Positions 37,258 to 49,816 of a DNA stretch of 64,000 nucleotides are shown here, in pieces. This stretch comes from Bilabrum cf. latius (Eukaryota), in assembly GCA_965178125.1 (NCBI GenBank), contig OZ237736.1, positions 1,054,001 to 1,118,000 of the forward strand, written 5' to 3'. The first letter of the stretch is position 1. The number at the start of each line of letters is the position of its first letter. Below the pieces are notes generated by a model, which was given only the letters and a program-made list of their open reading frames with translations, was not told where the DNA came from and made no database searches. The position numbers were made by a program, and so were the translations under genes.

Positions 37258-37482
37258 TTTGAGAAGTTAGTGCATACGTGCAAAATGACTATCTGATCGC
37301 TATCGCAAGTAAACGACGCATCGCCGCAACTTTGCATTGGAGAACGTTCCGGGCAGCGGTTCGCTCGGTCAAACGACTCTGTGCACTACAGCCGAGCCAC
37401 AATTGAACCTGAATTGGGTTTCCGAGGAAGGTTGAGCTAGCACACAGGTGATACAAAAGAAAGCCAGTAAAAGAGTTCTGCG

Positions 37483-40400
37483 ATGAAAGGAGAACTTGCT
37501 GCGGTGCTTGCACCAGCAATGGCAGTTCTGGCCGTCCTCGCAAGCCGCGGAACACGAGCAGACCTCATGAACGATGCTCTCCAGCACGAGAGGCCTATTC
37601 CCGAAATCCATCCGCATGGTAAGAGGTATCTTCATTCAATGGAGCAAGTGGATGCGCTTGGTGGAGTGATAAAGTTCAACTACGACGTCACGGTGCAGCA
37701 TCACGTCGAGACGCTCGATGAATGGCCGGGCCTCGATTCGGTCGAGTGTCGCGCGGACGGAGAGCTTGTTATGCGCGGCAGCAGCGCGCATCATATTGCC
37801 CAACGTCTGTTTGAGGGATCGATTGTCGTCGGTTCTCATAAGTGGGGCTGCATTTCGGAGAAGAGGGGCGCTCCGGCGCCATTCTACCTCAAGGTCCTCG
37901 GTTCCCCCGTCTCGACCGACAACAAGACAACGGTGCAGACCAAGCCAACAACTTTCGACGCGTGCTTTACGAACATGAAAACTCACATGTCAAGGATGCC
38001 GGGACAATTTGAGCGTGAGTACTTTCCTAGCGCTGCCCACTGTTCTCGATTGGTCGCCAGGGGTCGCCACCAACTGTGATTGCCTCTCGGCCCAACTTCC
38101 CGCATTTCGCAGAAGAGATCTTTTCGGCAGTCTCTGACTTGCAGCGCAGCACATACCTCAACGATACTGATGGCCAAGTCGATGCAGCCCGAAGGCTGCA
38201 GAAGCTCGGGCGACGCGGACGGCGGCTTTGGGGGTTTATTTCGAACATCGTAGAAGCTGTGGTGGATGTTGTGGAGACTGTAGTCGAAGTTGTCAAGACT
38301 GCAGCAGAGGAAATTGCAGACGGCTTTGATTTTGAATGGGGAGCGGAGTACTTCCAGGAGTACGCGCTCGTAAAGTGGAACTTTGATTCGTTCAACAGGC
38401 GTCCCGAGCGCTCCTCCATTCCGCTCGTCGAAGGAATTGTCGTTTGCCAAGACTGCTACGCCTACATCGGGGCCAATCTTAAGTTTGACATGAACATGAA
38501 CTGGTGGAAGCTGCAAAACATCGAGCGTGAGAGCTGTGCCCAGCCGTTTGCCCAGCATCCCATCGTATCGGAAGGCTCGCTCGGTTTTGCGACCAAGATG
38601 CCCATCAACACGGTCGCACTCCCAAACTACACTTTCTCGCAGTATCCGCGTTCGCCGGCATCCTTCTTGGCATTGATATTGCCCTCGAAACCACGGATGG
38701 CATCATCGACGGCATCAACTCTCAGCCCGTCATGCCCCGCAAGAACTTCAAGCAGCTCAGGTACTGGCTCGGGAAGATTCCCCTGGACATCGACATCGAC
38801 GGGCAGGTGGACATGGTCACCACGGTCAAGGGGGACAAGGACACCAAGGTGGTCGGCCCTGGCTTCTGGGTGGACCAGTCCATCACCGTGGGCGTGGCCT
38901 TCGACGTGGAGTCGGGCTGGCGCCTGATCAAGGAGAGGTCGGCCGTGATGAAGACTCGCAAGCCGTACATCGACCTCCGCCGAAATCTCGCCATCCGCGT
39001 CGCACTGGAGAACAAGGCTATCTTCTCCATCTACGGTTCCTGGGACTTCGTCATCGGGGTGTACCCCTACATCCAAGTCGAGCTCACCCCCTCCCGGTGC
39101 ACCGGGTGGAGGCGGGTCAGGATCGACACGTACCTCGGAGTGGACGGACAGCTCCGCATCGAGGCCCCGGTGGTCACACTAGAGATCCCCCGCAAGTGCC
39201 TGGGCGGGCTGTGCCTCGGTCCGTACGAGCATGACCTGGAGCTGAACGTGGGTGACCTATTCCCTGTGGTGTTCGACTTCACCATCGTCCCCAAGAAGAA
39301 GATCTTCGGGCCCGGCATCAGCGGGTGCAGGACCAGGAGGTACCGCGAGGGCACCCGCCCCGGCTGGGGATCGAGCTCTTCGGCCAAGGGCCTCAGGCGG
39401 CTGTCTGGCTTCGACTACGCTGACGAGTGGGACGCCTACGATGAGCGCAAGAACGACTATGACCTGCTGGATGCGTTTGACGAGGATGCCCCTGCGCGCG
39501 TGCGCGTCTTGCAGGAGCAGGAAGAGGATGACGATTCGCAGGCCACCACGGCGGAGGTGTGCGGCACTCGCGGGTGTGCTCTTCATACCAGCGACTGGTC
39601 CGCGTGCAGCGTGGACTGCGGTGTCGGCGTGCAGACCCGCGAGATCACGTGCCAGACCAACAACGGAGACGGTGTCGTGGTCGACGACAGGCACTGCGAG
39701 TTAGACTCGAGCGGCAACCCAGTGGCACGCCCACCTGCAGAGCAGGACTGCTCCAGCACCTGCCTGAACTTGGACTCGAACGGCAACACCCCATTCGCCC
39801 ACGTCTTCGACAGGGCAGAGAGACGCAGAATGCGCCACGTGATCTTCCCCGGGCCCGGACACGGCGTGCGGCTCAACTCGACCAACCGGTACCGCGGCTG
39901 CCTGCTGATGCAAGAGGGCGACAACGCCGTGGATGCCAGGCTATTCAAGACTGAGGGCAACGCGCAGATGTCCCTGGAGATCTACGGCATGGGCGAGGAC
40001 AAGGCTGATCCATCTGGCATGCGGAACTCGTTCGCCATCACCAGGTCGTTCGACTCTGAGATCAGCGCGATCGTCACCGAGGCAAACGACAGGCTCACAC
40101 CATCCAGCCGCGTGTACGTGTTTGCTCGCCACATCGACCCTAACGGAGAGGTGGAGTTCAAGGTACAGGCTACATCGTACACGCAGCTGCAGCCCGGCAT
40201 GGCAGTGCAGGTTGTCACGGTGCCGCAGCAGGACCAGATCGGGACTGCACCGGAAGCTTGGCCACCGGGGATTGCCGAGGTGAATCTCCCCTTTAGTATC
40301 GGGCTGTGCGCCGACATCGATTTCACCAAGCCGTGGCTGTACGACGGAACTCTCGAAGCGATGGGCTTTGACTCGAGCACGCTGGACACCAGTGCCGAGA

Positions 40401-43400
40401 CTGCAGTGGCCTATTCCACCGGCAGCACGACCTCTGTAAACCTCACCCTGGCCGAGGTGAACTACAACCAGAGGAAGGCAACGGAGTCTGCTGGCCAGAA
40501 CGAGACTTAGACTCGCAACTTCATGCTCTACTCGAGCCAGGACACGACCGGGATCCTCTTCCTGGCAGCTACCGCCGAGGCAGCCTATGGCGAGCTTGAG
40601 TTCGACGACGCTCCCATCGTTGAGGTGGAGGCGCCTCCTCGCTGGGATGACGGATCCGTGGCACCGCTTGAGCTGCCCTACGACTTCCAGTGCCATTGGA
40701 AGGAAACGGATGGGTGGCCCTCGGAGGAGAATCCCGGTAAGTGGTCTGCCGTGCAGTCACCCGCCGATGCGCCAGGAGTGCTGAGCCTCATCATCACGGG
40801 TGATGAATACTAGCCCGGATCGTACGCGTGCTCGTCGGTGGTGTCCTAGATGGGCTTTGGCCTGGGCGTGATCGGCATGGAGATCAGCGACCTGAACCCC
40901 GGAGAGACGGCCAAGCACAACGTGCCTGCATTGGGTTACAGGCTGTTCCGGGCGACTGTGTCCTCCACTGCCTCTGCGGCTCGCATTTCTCTCCGATCTA
41001 CCCAGGGCGACGCCAACCTGTACGTGCACCACCGGATGTTCCGCACCTTCCCCCGCAACGACTGGATGTGGAGGAGCAAGGAGCGAGCCGGGGTCGTGGA
41101 CGAAGTGATCGTCTCCAGCCTGGACACGTACTACAGCGAGGAGCTCTGGATCGCCGTGTACGCGCAAACAAGCGCCGAATTCGAGATCTCTCTGCAAGCG
41201 TATGAGAGATTGGAGCAGGGAGACACGGTCCGCAGGAGCCTCGAGTCCCAGGGATACAACTACTTTGTCGGCACCGCCCCCGAGAGCGGCGGCAGCGGCG
41301 CAGAGCGATCGTTCAATCTTCGCGTGCACGCACCGGAGGACGCACCCACTACGATGGGCATGTACGCAGGATCCCACGACTCTTTCTTTCCCGTGGTGGG
41401 CCAGGGCTTCTCAGGGATCTCTGTCGAAGGGATCGGCCAGGGTCAGGTGGCAGCAGCGGAGCGCCCGTACCTGCCCGGCTCTGAGATCGCGCAGCAGATG
41501 ATCATCGCAACGAGATCGGACTTCCACGATTCTGTCAAGCCAGGTGACACGGGGAACCAGCAGGGTACCAGCATCGCCGATGTGAGTACGCAGGACAGTC
41601 GAAGGAGGCTGGCAGCAGAAGCGCATACCAACCTCACCCTGTCCTCGTCTGCGGCCAGGCGGCGCGCCATGGCCCTATCGGATGCGTTTGATGATCTTGC
41701 CCGCCCCAGTTTCGTGGAAGAGGAGGAGATGCTCTTCAGGCGCAGCACTCAGGGCGGTGGCCTGCAGGTGACCTACCCAGACATCGAGTGGGCGCCGCTG
41801 CTGGGTGAGGCACCCGTCCCAGGGCAAGTGGACGCGGGGGCTGGCAGGCGTCTGGCATCTTAGCAGCCCGCGACAGAGGGTGCCACCAGGAAGCGCGGCG
41901 CATTCCTGACCTAGGAGTAGTACAATCAGAGGGAGATCGCCAGGGCGCTGGCTGCCAAGCGCACCGTGGAGGCTATCGTGCAATCCACCAAGATTCCAGA
42001 AGCTGTGCACAGCGGGCGAGAGCTGATGCCCACGGACCACGGCATCAGGGTCGAAGACGGTGCGGCCGACAGGTGGGTCAGTTTGCGGTCCGAGACGCCG
42101 CACGGTCTCACCCAACGCCATGAGTCCGCTGGAGCGCTGCGGCGCCTCAATGCGAACGCTGCTCCCAGTGGTCCCAGTGCTGCGGACTCGTGGAAGTTTC
42201 AGGTGCCATTCGATCGGTTCCAGGGCGGCTTCTGGCAGCGAGTCGTCAACTGCAGCGTGACGGTGGGCGACGTTGTCTCAAGGCAGTGCGCTCTGGTGCA
42301 AGCAGACGATCGCGACACGACCCACTTGAGGCTGATGCTGCCCGCCCGGTCCGACATGCTTGTGAGCGTTGCCACAGTCACGAGAGCCGGCCAGGCTTCT
42401 GACGCCGCGTACACGTTGCGCGTTCGAGCCAACGAGCCCCCAGCTGCAGGCATGGCCGACCTTGTGGCTACCACGGCCACGCAGACGTTCACCGTGCCCA
42501 ATTGCGCGTACGAGGAGGAGGAACTCTACATCGCGGTGGAAGGGCAGAACTCGGGCAGGGACGTGCAGTTCCAGGTGCTGCTTGCAGGCACGCTGTCCGT
42601 GAACGGTGTTTGCGAGAGCTTCGAGTGGGCCTCCACTGCCTGGCGGGCGTGTGACGTCGAGTGCGGTGAGGGCACAAGGCGAAGGGCTGTGTGGTGCCAG
42701 ACTACCGGAGGCACCGTGGTGGATTCGTCGCTGTGCAGCCAGGCCCTCAAGCCCGCCGAGGCAGAGGCATGCGACGTGGGCGAGTGCGCCTGGTCCAACT
42801 CGGGCTGGGGCGCCTGCTCGGAGCCGTGCGGTGGCGGACAGCAGAGCCGCCTGCTCGAGTGCCGAAACAGGAACGGAGAAGGCCGGCTGGTTCTGGATGC
42901 TCACTGCGCAGACCCGCCCCTCGGGTCTCGTGTGTGCAACACGCAGGAGTGCCCTGCCAGGTTCTGGTACGCTGGAGAATGGCAGGCGTGCACGCAGCGC
43001 TGCGGCGGTGGCCTCCGGACACGCGAGGTTCTATGCGCGCAGCGCGGCCCGTGCACGTTCGAGACAACCGACGGGCGCACGGAATTGTGCGCCGAGCAGC
43101 GCAGTGCTAACTGGCACGTGGTGGACGAGGGCCTGTGCGACAGGAACGAGAAGCCAGCTGTGGAGGAGGCTTGCGGCACGGACAACTGCAGGGCACTCGA
43201 GTACGATCTCAGCTACTTCGATTCGGTGGCCCTTGTGAGTGGCACGTCGGAGCAGGTCGCGCTGGCGGCCGGACAGAACGCATTCTTTACGTTTGAGAAG
43301 CCCAACGCCGCCACCAGGGGTGTGTGCGTTCGGGCGCAGAGCTTCGAGCCAGAGGGCAGGAAGTGCTCCATCGAGGCGGAGAGGAGGGTGGGCGCCTGCA

Positions 43401-46165
43401 ACAGCGTGCTGCTGGGCTGCCTGCATACCGCCAAGGAGACTTTCCCAGGCGCCACCACAGGCGCCAGGCCCTAGTTCGCCGACCTCAAGGATGCGGTCAC
43501 TGAGTGCCACGGCAAGCACCTTCAGTGCGTGTCTATGGACGTGTGCAATGATCGGGTAGAGGCCACCGTGGAAGCAGCCAAGGAGAGCTGCATCACCACG
43601 TTCCAGGCACTTGGTCTGCTCAATACCACATCCACTTGGACGGAGGCAGAGAGCCTCTGCACCGTCCCAGCGACCGCAAGTAACCAGGACGAAGTCGCCC
43701 CACGCGAGCTCCTGCTGCATGTAGCAAAGGCAGGGAGTTCCCCCGATGACCCTGTGCTTCGATTTGAGCCTCCTATTGGACCGACCACCTCTGACTGGGC
43801 CTCGCACAGCCCCGACAAGACTGGGGAACAGCGCATGGTGATCTGGGAGACGGACGGCTACGACCGTGACGCCGATCGCATCCTGGTGGGCCTTGCTGCG
43901 CCCAAGGGGCCCCTGAGGGCGACCATACGAGTCGAGGCATTGTCGTCATTCCCCGCCCAGGCTTCTGGCTCCCTGCTCGGTGGAGCTTCCGGGACCATCA
44001 CTGCGGAGATGATCCGGCGCGGCGGCCTGCAGCTAGAGCTGACATTGTCATGCGACCTGTTCGTGGACCCAGCCGAGCTGGCGGCCAAGCAGAGGGCCGA
44101 AGCCGGACTGAACGCAACCATCGTAACGGAGGCTGAGATCGAGGCGAGGCGAGACAACGGCACGCTGACGATCGCTGATGTGGACGCGCTCAAGAATCAG
44201 AGGACGATGACACCCAACATGCTGCTGCTGGGCATCAACGCACGGGAGTCGTCGGCAGCTGGGTGGAACTCACTGGCCCAGCCCGGCATGCTGTACGACA
44301 CGCAATCAGCGGACGACCTTGTGCGCTTCTCCTTCGGCATGACACGCGCCACGGTGACCCTGCCTCCCGTGCCCGACTACAACCCCAACGGAGACGAGCG
44401 GCTTCAGATTGACATCCCTGCCCTGATGCTGCGGTCTGGCGTGAAGACCAGCGTACCAGGAGCCGTGGTGACTGTACTTTCAGACATGGCCGACTGTCAG
44501 GTGGGCCCGTGGGGACCTTGGTCTGCATGCGATTCGATCTGCTCGGATGGCGTGCAGCGCCGGCAGCGGCAGGTGCTGCGAGCACCCCGCGGCGAGGGGT
44601 CCGCGTGCCCCGTGACTATGCAGACGCGCGACTGCAACACGTGCGACCAGTGCTCTACACGCTCTTGCCTGAACGGCGGGCTCTGCGTGCAGGGCCAGTG
44701 CCAATGCAAGCCCGGCTACTTCGGCGAGGGCTGCGAGGCACCTCCTCGCGATCCCGACGCGGTGTACTACTACACCGTGGGCGAGTGGGGCTCGTGCACG
44801 GCGCAGTGTGACGGGGGCAGGCAGGTGCGCGAGGTGGGCTGCGCCCGTCTCAGCGGTGCTTCGGCCCAGGGAACAAGCCGGGCCGATGCCAGTGTGGTTC
44901 CTTTGGACATGTGCATCCAGCAGGGTGCAATCGCCGGAACCATGCCAGCAGAGGAGAGGGCCTGCAACATGTTCGCGTGCGAGGACGAGGCGCGCGTGGA
45001 CGGAAGCACCGTGCTGCAGCTGCCCGCTGGCTCTCTCAGCCTGAGCCTGGGTGACGCCAATTCCGCTGACGCTTTGATCGAGGACCTGCAGTCGGACCTG
45101 AGCCGGGCCCTCTTTGTGTCCCTGCGCCGCGTGCGGATCGACACGATCGAGCTGGAGGGCGAGGCTGCGGATGGCAGCGAGTCGGCTCGGCTGAACTTTA
45201 CGCTGCTACCCATTTCCGGAGCCACCTTCGGGGTCACCTCTGGGGCGAGCAGCGAGGCGGGCGCTCGCCTCGATACGGTCACCGCCGAGCTACAGCGGCA
45301 AGTGGAGGACCCTGCGAGCGTCCTTCGCACGCGAGGCACTTACCTTCGCCGCATGGATCCCGCCACTGTTTCGCTCGAGGCGAGATAGGGTGCAACTGGC
45401 ACGATCGTTCCGCTGCAGCAGCAGGACCCACCAGCCGTGCAGGCGTCGGCGTCCCCGAGCCCTTCCTCGAGCCAATCCACCGGGGGGGGCAGCGGTGGTG
45501 GTACCAGCAGCGGTGGAGGGAGTAGCACTGGGCAGACCGGCTCAGCGGGTGCAGGAAATGGGCAGACTCCTCAGCCCAGCGCGCCCGCCACGGTGGTGGA
45601 CCAGGACCCGGTCTCCACGGTAGACAACGGCACGCAGTCGGGTCAGCTGAACGGCAACAACAACAGCGGCAGCAACGGGGACGGGGACGATGACCGTTTT
45701 TCTGCAGCCATCCTGGGAGGCCTCTCCGCTGCCATCGTGGTCTTGGCCCTGGCTGTGGCAGGCATGGCAGCCTACATCTACATGCGGAGGCCGGCGCCAC
45801 CAGCATAGCTGGCCAGTGCCAGTGCGGCAGACGACTCGGATGCCCACGCACCGGAGGACCACCCCCACTCTGGCAGCCCTCAATTCATCGCCAGCGGCTC
45901 CGCGGCGCGGTACGGCGCAGACAGAAGCAGCGGTGGCAGCGCTTAGAACTCCATGTACCGCGGGTCCGGCGCAGCGGCGATCGCGGCACACGGCAGCAGC
46001 AGCGGCCAAGCCCAGGCTGCTGACAATGCAAGCAGTGCTTCTCCTGATGCGCAGCAGCAACGGGAGCCGAGAACCAGCACCGGGAGCAACAGTGCCAGGG
46101 TGCAGCCGTCGAGAGACTAGGCTCCGGCAGGGGAGGAGGACCTCGTCGTGTCAGAGATCGCTTGA
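37483..46165 (+). CDS. Very large type-I membrane protein with multiple thrombospondin type-1 repeats, an EGF-like domain and a C-terminal TM helix; introns 38015..38112 and 38527..38642
   Basis: Signal peptide. TSP1 repeats WSACSVDCGVGVQTREITC, WRACDVECGEGTRRR, WGACSEPCGGGQQSR, WQACTQRCGGGLRTR, WGPWSACDSICSDGVQRRQR, WGSCTAQCDGGRQVR. EGF CLNGGLCVQGQCQCKPGYFGEGC. TM AILGGLSAAIVVLALAVAGMAAYIYM. One frame through TAG at 40508, 40811, 41861, 43472, 45386 and 45806. Ends TGA. Confidence 0.82.
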
Positions 46166-46405
46166 TCCCAGGATGGGGAGTGTGTGAATACGTGATTGTT
46201 TCTCGCCGAATCTCCTAGCCAATTCATCCAGAAATAGGCAACCACCTCGGTGGTGGAGACACCCACCTCGCCGATCCCGAATAGTCCCATCACTGGCAGA
46301 TTCTTCCGGTCTCGGGGAAATGCGACGAGTTGCATTTGCTTGTGCTTGCAGAGCCGGACACTCGGCTAACAAAGTCACTTTTCACTGCATTCACTTCTGA
46401 AGGCA

Positions 46406-48244
46406 ATGGCTATGTAGTGTGGGGTATGGCTAGTTGCGGCCAGTGCCTACCTAGTCTCCGCTTCAAATGACGCGCAGCGACCTAACTTCGTCGTGGTTCT
46501 CCAAGATGATGTGGGGTACACAGATTGGGGCTGTTTTGGTGGTGTGTACGCCGAAACTCCTGTTTTGGACAAGCTAGCGGCCGAAGGGTTGCGCATGACT
46601 GATTTTTATGCTGCCATGCCTCTATGCTCCCCGACTCGCGCCGCCCTGCTCACTGGAAGACTGCCGATACGGAATGGGTTTTATCAAGATGCTATTTTTG
46701 GTAGGAATGCTGTTGCATCGGAATTCGTAGACGGAGGCCTGCCTCTCAATGAAACCACAGTCGCTGAACTCCTCCGGCGATCTTCGTATAGGACGGGCAC
46801 GTTTGGCAAGCAGCACTATGGATTCCAGCCCTAGTACTGGCCTGATAAGCGCGGCTTCACAGAGTCATTTGGAAGCCCGGGCTGCCATTTCGTGCGACCG
46901 GATCTACCCAAGACCCCTGGGATCCCCATCATTGCGAATGGATCCATGGTGGGCAGAACCTACGAGGGCAAGTTCGCGATCAACCGAACGTCAGGGGAGA
47001 GCAACATCACCGTCTAGTACACCGATGCCGCTTTAGATTTCATCGAGAGGGCAGCCAACGCGAAAGACCCGTTCTTCTTATACCTGACGCTGGACAGCAC
47101 GCATGCCCCTGCCTACGCCTCGAAGCAGTTCCTGGGGAATTCGCCTCGGGGGGTCTTCGGTGACGCTATGACGGAAAACGACTACTCGCTCGGTCGAGTG
47201 GTCGACTTGCTCGACAGTCTCGGCATCCGTAACAACACCATGATGTGAGTGGTGCAGGCACCCCTAGCTTCACGGCACCATGCCGCACGCCTCTTCCTTC
47301 TGCCCCCAACCGTGGAGCATTACCTCTAGTTCGCGACCCAACACTAGACTGCGACTCCTTCTTTGCAGTTGGGTAACCTCTGATAATGGTCCAGCGACAT
47401 GGCTGGCCCCTGAAGTGAGTGCGCAGCGGTGCAGCTCGCATCCCTGTCCTTCCATAGACCCTCAGCTGGCTTGAATGGCATGCACAGGCTCCTCGTCGAC
47501 ATGAGTGAGACCTCCTGTCGCTCTTTATCTCACAAGCATGGCTCGCAGTACGGCACCAAGGGCCCTCTGTTGTGCGGCAAGCAGGCTACCACAGAAGGCG
47601 GGATGCGCGTGCCGGCACTGGTGAACTGGCCCGGGCGAGTGCCACGGGGTCGCGTGACCCACGGGATGGGCGCGGTGATGGACATCTTCAGCACGGTGCT
47701 TGAGCTTGCAGGGGTGCAGCCGCCCTCGGACCGCCCCTACGACGGCGTCTCCTTGTGGCCTCTGCTGAGCGGGTAGACGACTCAGTCACCGAGGACCACG
47801 ATGTTCTACTACCGCGGCAACGGCCTGTTCGCCGTGCGTTTGTAGAACTACAAGGCGCATTTCTGGACATGGTCCAACACGAACCAGAGCACGGGCCCCG
47901 ACCATTGGCCGGGTGACAACTGGGATATCTGCAGGGGGGACGACTCGCCGTGGGTCGCCACACCGCAAATGACCAACCGGACCGAGATGCCCGTGATCAT
48001 TAACCTGACCCAGGACGTGGGTGAGAGGGAGCCGCTCCCATTCGGGTCTGACGAGTACAACTCGGTCCTTCCTGACCTTGTCAGGTTGAGAGAACAATTT
48101 CTGGCCCACCTCGCGCCCGGTAAGGCCCAGCTCACGTATTGCGATCCCGCGGTGGGACCCTGGTCACCGCCTGGGTGCAAAGAGGTCGACAGCTGCTACC
48201 CGACCCCACCAAACAACCGGACGACCTGCGTCTTTCATCATTGA
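46406..48244 (+). CDS. GALNS: N-acetylgalactosamine-6-sulfatase-like sulfatase; introns 47245..47368 and 47415..47547
   Basis: RPNFVVVLQDDVG, LCSPTRAALLTGRLPIRNGFY (CxPxR), TSDNGP, GPLLCGKQATTEGGMRVP, YKAHFWTWSN and a GALNS-like Cys-rich tail WSPPGCKEVDSCY..CVFHH. Ends TGA. Confidence 0.85.
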
Positions 48245-48366
48245 CGAGTGTCGCGAGGGTCTCGACTGTCCAAGGCTTACCGACCCATTGCTGGCTCGGA
48301 CGGCCTGGTACGATTGCCGGGGGGTGGGCTTGTACAACACCCGCGATTGATGTAACAAGCCGTCAA

Positions 48367-49680
48367 TTAAAGCAGCGAGACGCCGATCACGTTCGGATCA
48401 TCGAATGCAGTCACATGCTCAGTTACATCATCAGAGGCACTCGCTGGCTAGCGTTGATCACTATTGTCACCACCATCCCCTTGATTCTCATTCGAGCCCT
48501 CTGGGTCTTTGTCCAGCAGCGGCGCTCCCTCTTGGGTGGGAAGGCGCGGCGCTGTGCCGTCTGCCTCGGGTCCATGGCCCCCCCGCAGCACTGCGTCAGC
48601 CACGGCCAAAGAGACGAACGACAGCCCCACGAGGCCCATCCCGATACCCTCTAGCACGCCCACGTGCGCTCCTTGCCATGCGTCCACTGCGACGTTCAGC
48701 GGCAGGCCCATGATGGTCCCCACAGCGACGTACAGCGGATACGTGGTCGCGACACCGACGGCAATCGACAAGTTGAATGCCATGCCGGCGAGTGACGATA
48801 GAAGCTGCATGCCCCACGGGAAACTGCTCCATTCTACATGTTGCCATCCCGATTGCAGCACCGCCAGCACGATGGCCCAGCCAATGAGCAGCATGATGGC
48901 TCCAATGCTCGACAGAAGCAAGAATGCAAGTCGCACCGTAGAGGCTCCGTACACACGACGATAGAGGACCTTGTATGCAGCCGCTGCCAGTGCTGCGATA
49001 AGAGCTAAACCGCAACCGATAATGCTCCGGGTGCCAGACATGTGGAGCGGCCCCCCTGGCGCACCACTCGACGCTGTACCAAGGACAACCATGCCAGCCC
49101 CGCCGACTGCCAAGACTGCTGCGACAGCTCCTATCGCGACGTGTGGTGGGCGCTCCGATGGACTCAAAAAGCAGTAAGATAGTATGGCCACCCATGCGGG
49201 TGCCGTGTTAAACAAAGCGGTTACTATGCCGGCGTCCACCAAAGCCAAGCTTGAGATGTAGGAGATGTTGGCAATGCTCCACAGTAACCAGAATATGCTT
49301 GCAGTCCCGACCCACACTGGCCCGGAGGCTCGATTATGTGCCTCAACCATACACCTGTTTTCTGCTGGGGGCGTGTGTCGGCACTGGATTGCATTTCCAA
49401 GCTCGCTGAGAAACTGCGAGAGCTGCGCCCAATCCTGCGGTTCGCTCACAGATGACCTTGTAGACGCGCGATTCGAATCAAAGCTAGCATAAGTGCCATT
49501 AGAATCTAGCAGCGCAAGATAGCAAGGAAGATATAGCACGTGGAGAACGGTGCCAAGCACGGCCGAAAAAATGGGCGAAGCTTGATCCACTACCTTGGCG
49601 CTCAGCTACGTTGAGGCACACCATGTACATCCAATTGCAATAACTAGAATTAATCCAAGTATGTGTTGTCTGATATTCAT
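48367..49680 (-). CDS. EamA/DMT SLC35F3/F4-like transporter, about 437 aa
   Basis: ILGLILVIAIGCTWCAST*LS, WSIANISYISSL..TALFNTAPAWVAILS, AAAYKVLYR, TYPLYVAVGTIMGLPLNVAVD. Reads through TAG at 49606 and 48448 and ends TAA at 48367. Confidence 0.8.
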
Positions 49681-49816
49681 TCTTCGTATTGTCCGTGGAT
49701 GAGCTGCAATCCGGTCGACGGCAACATTCCGAGTAGATCTGGGGATGCACCCGTAATTGTCGTCAACGCAGCAAGCGCGGGGACGCACCCCACGACGCAT
49801 CTAATTTTCCTTGCAA

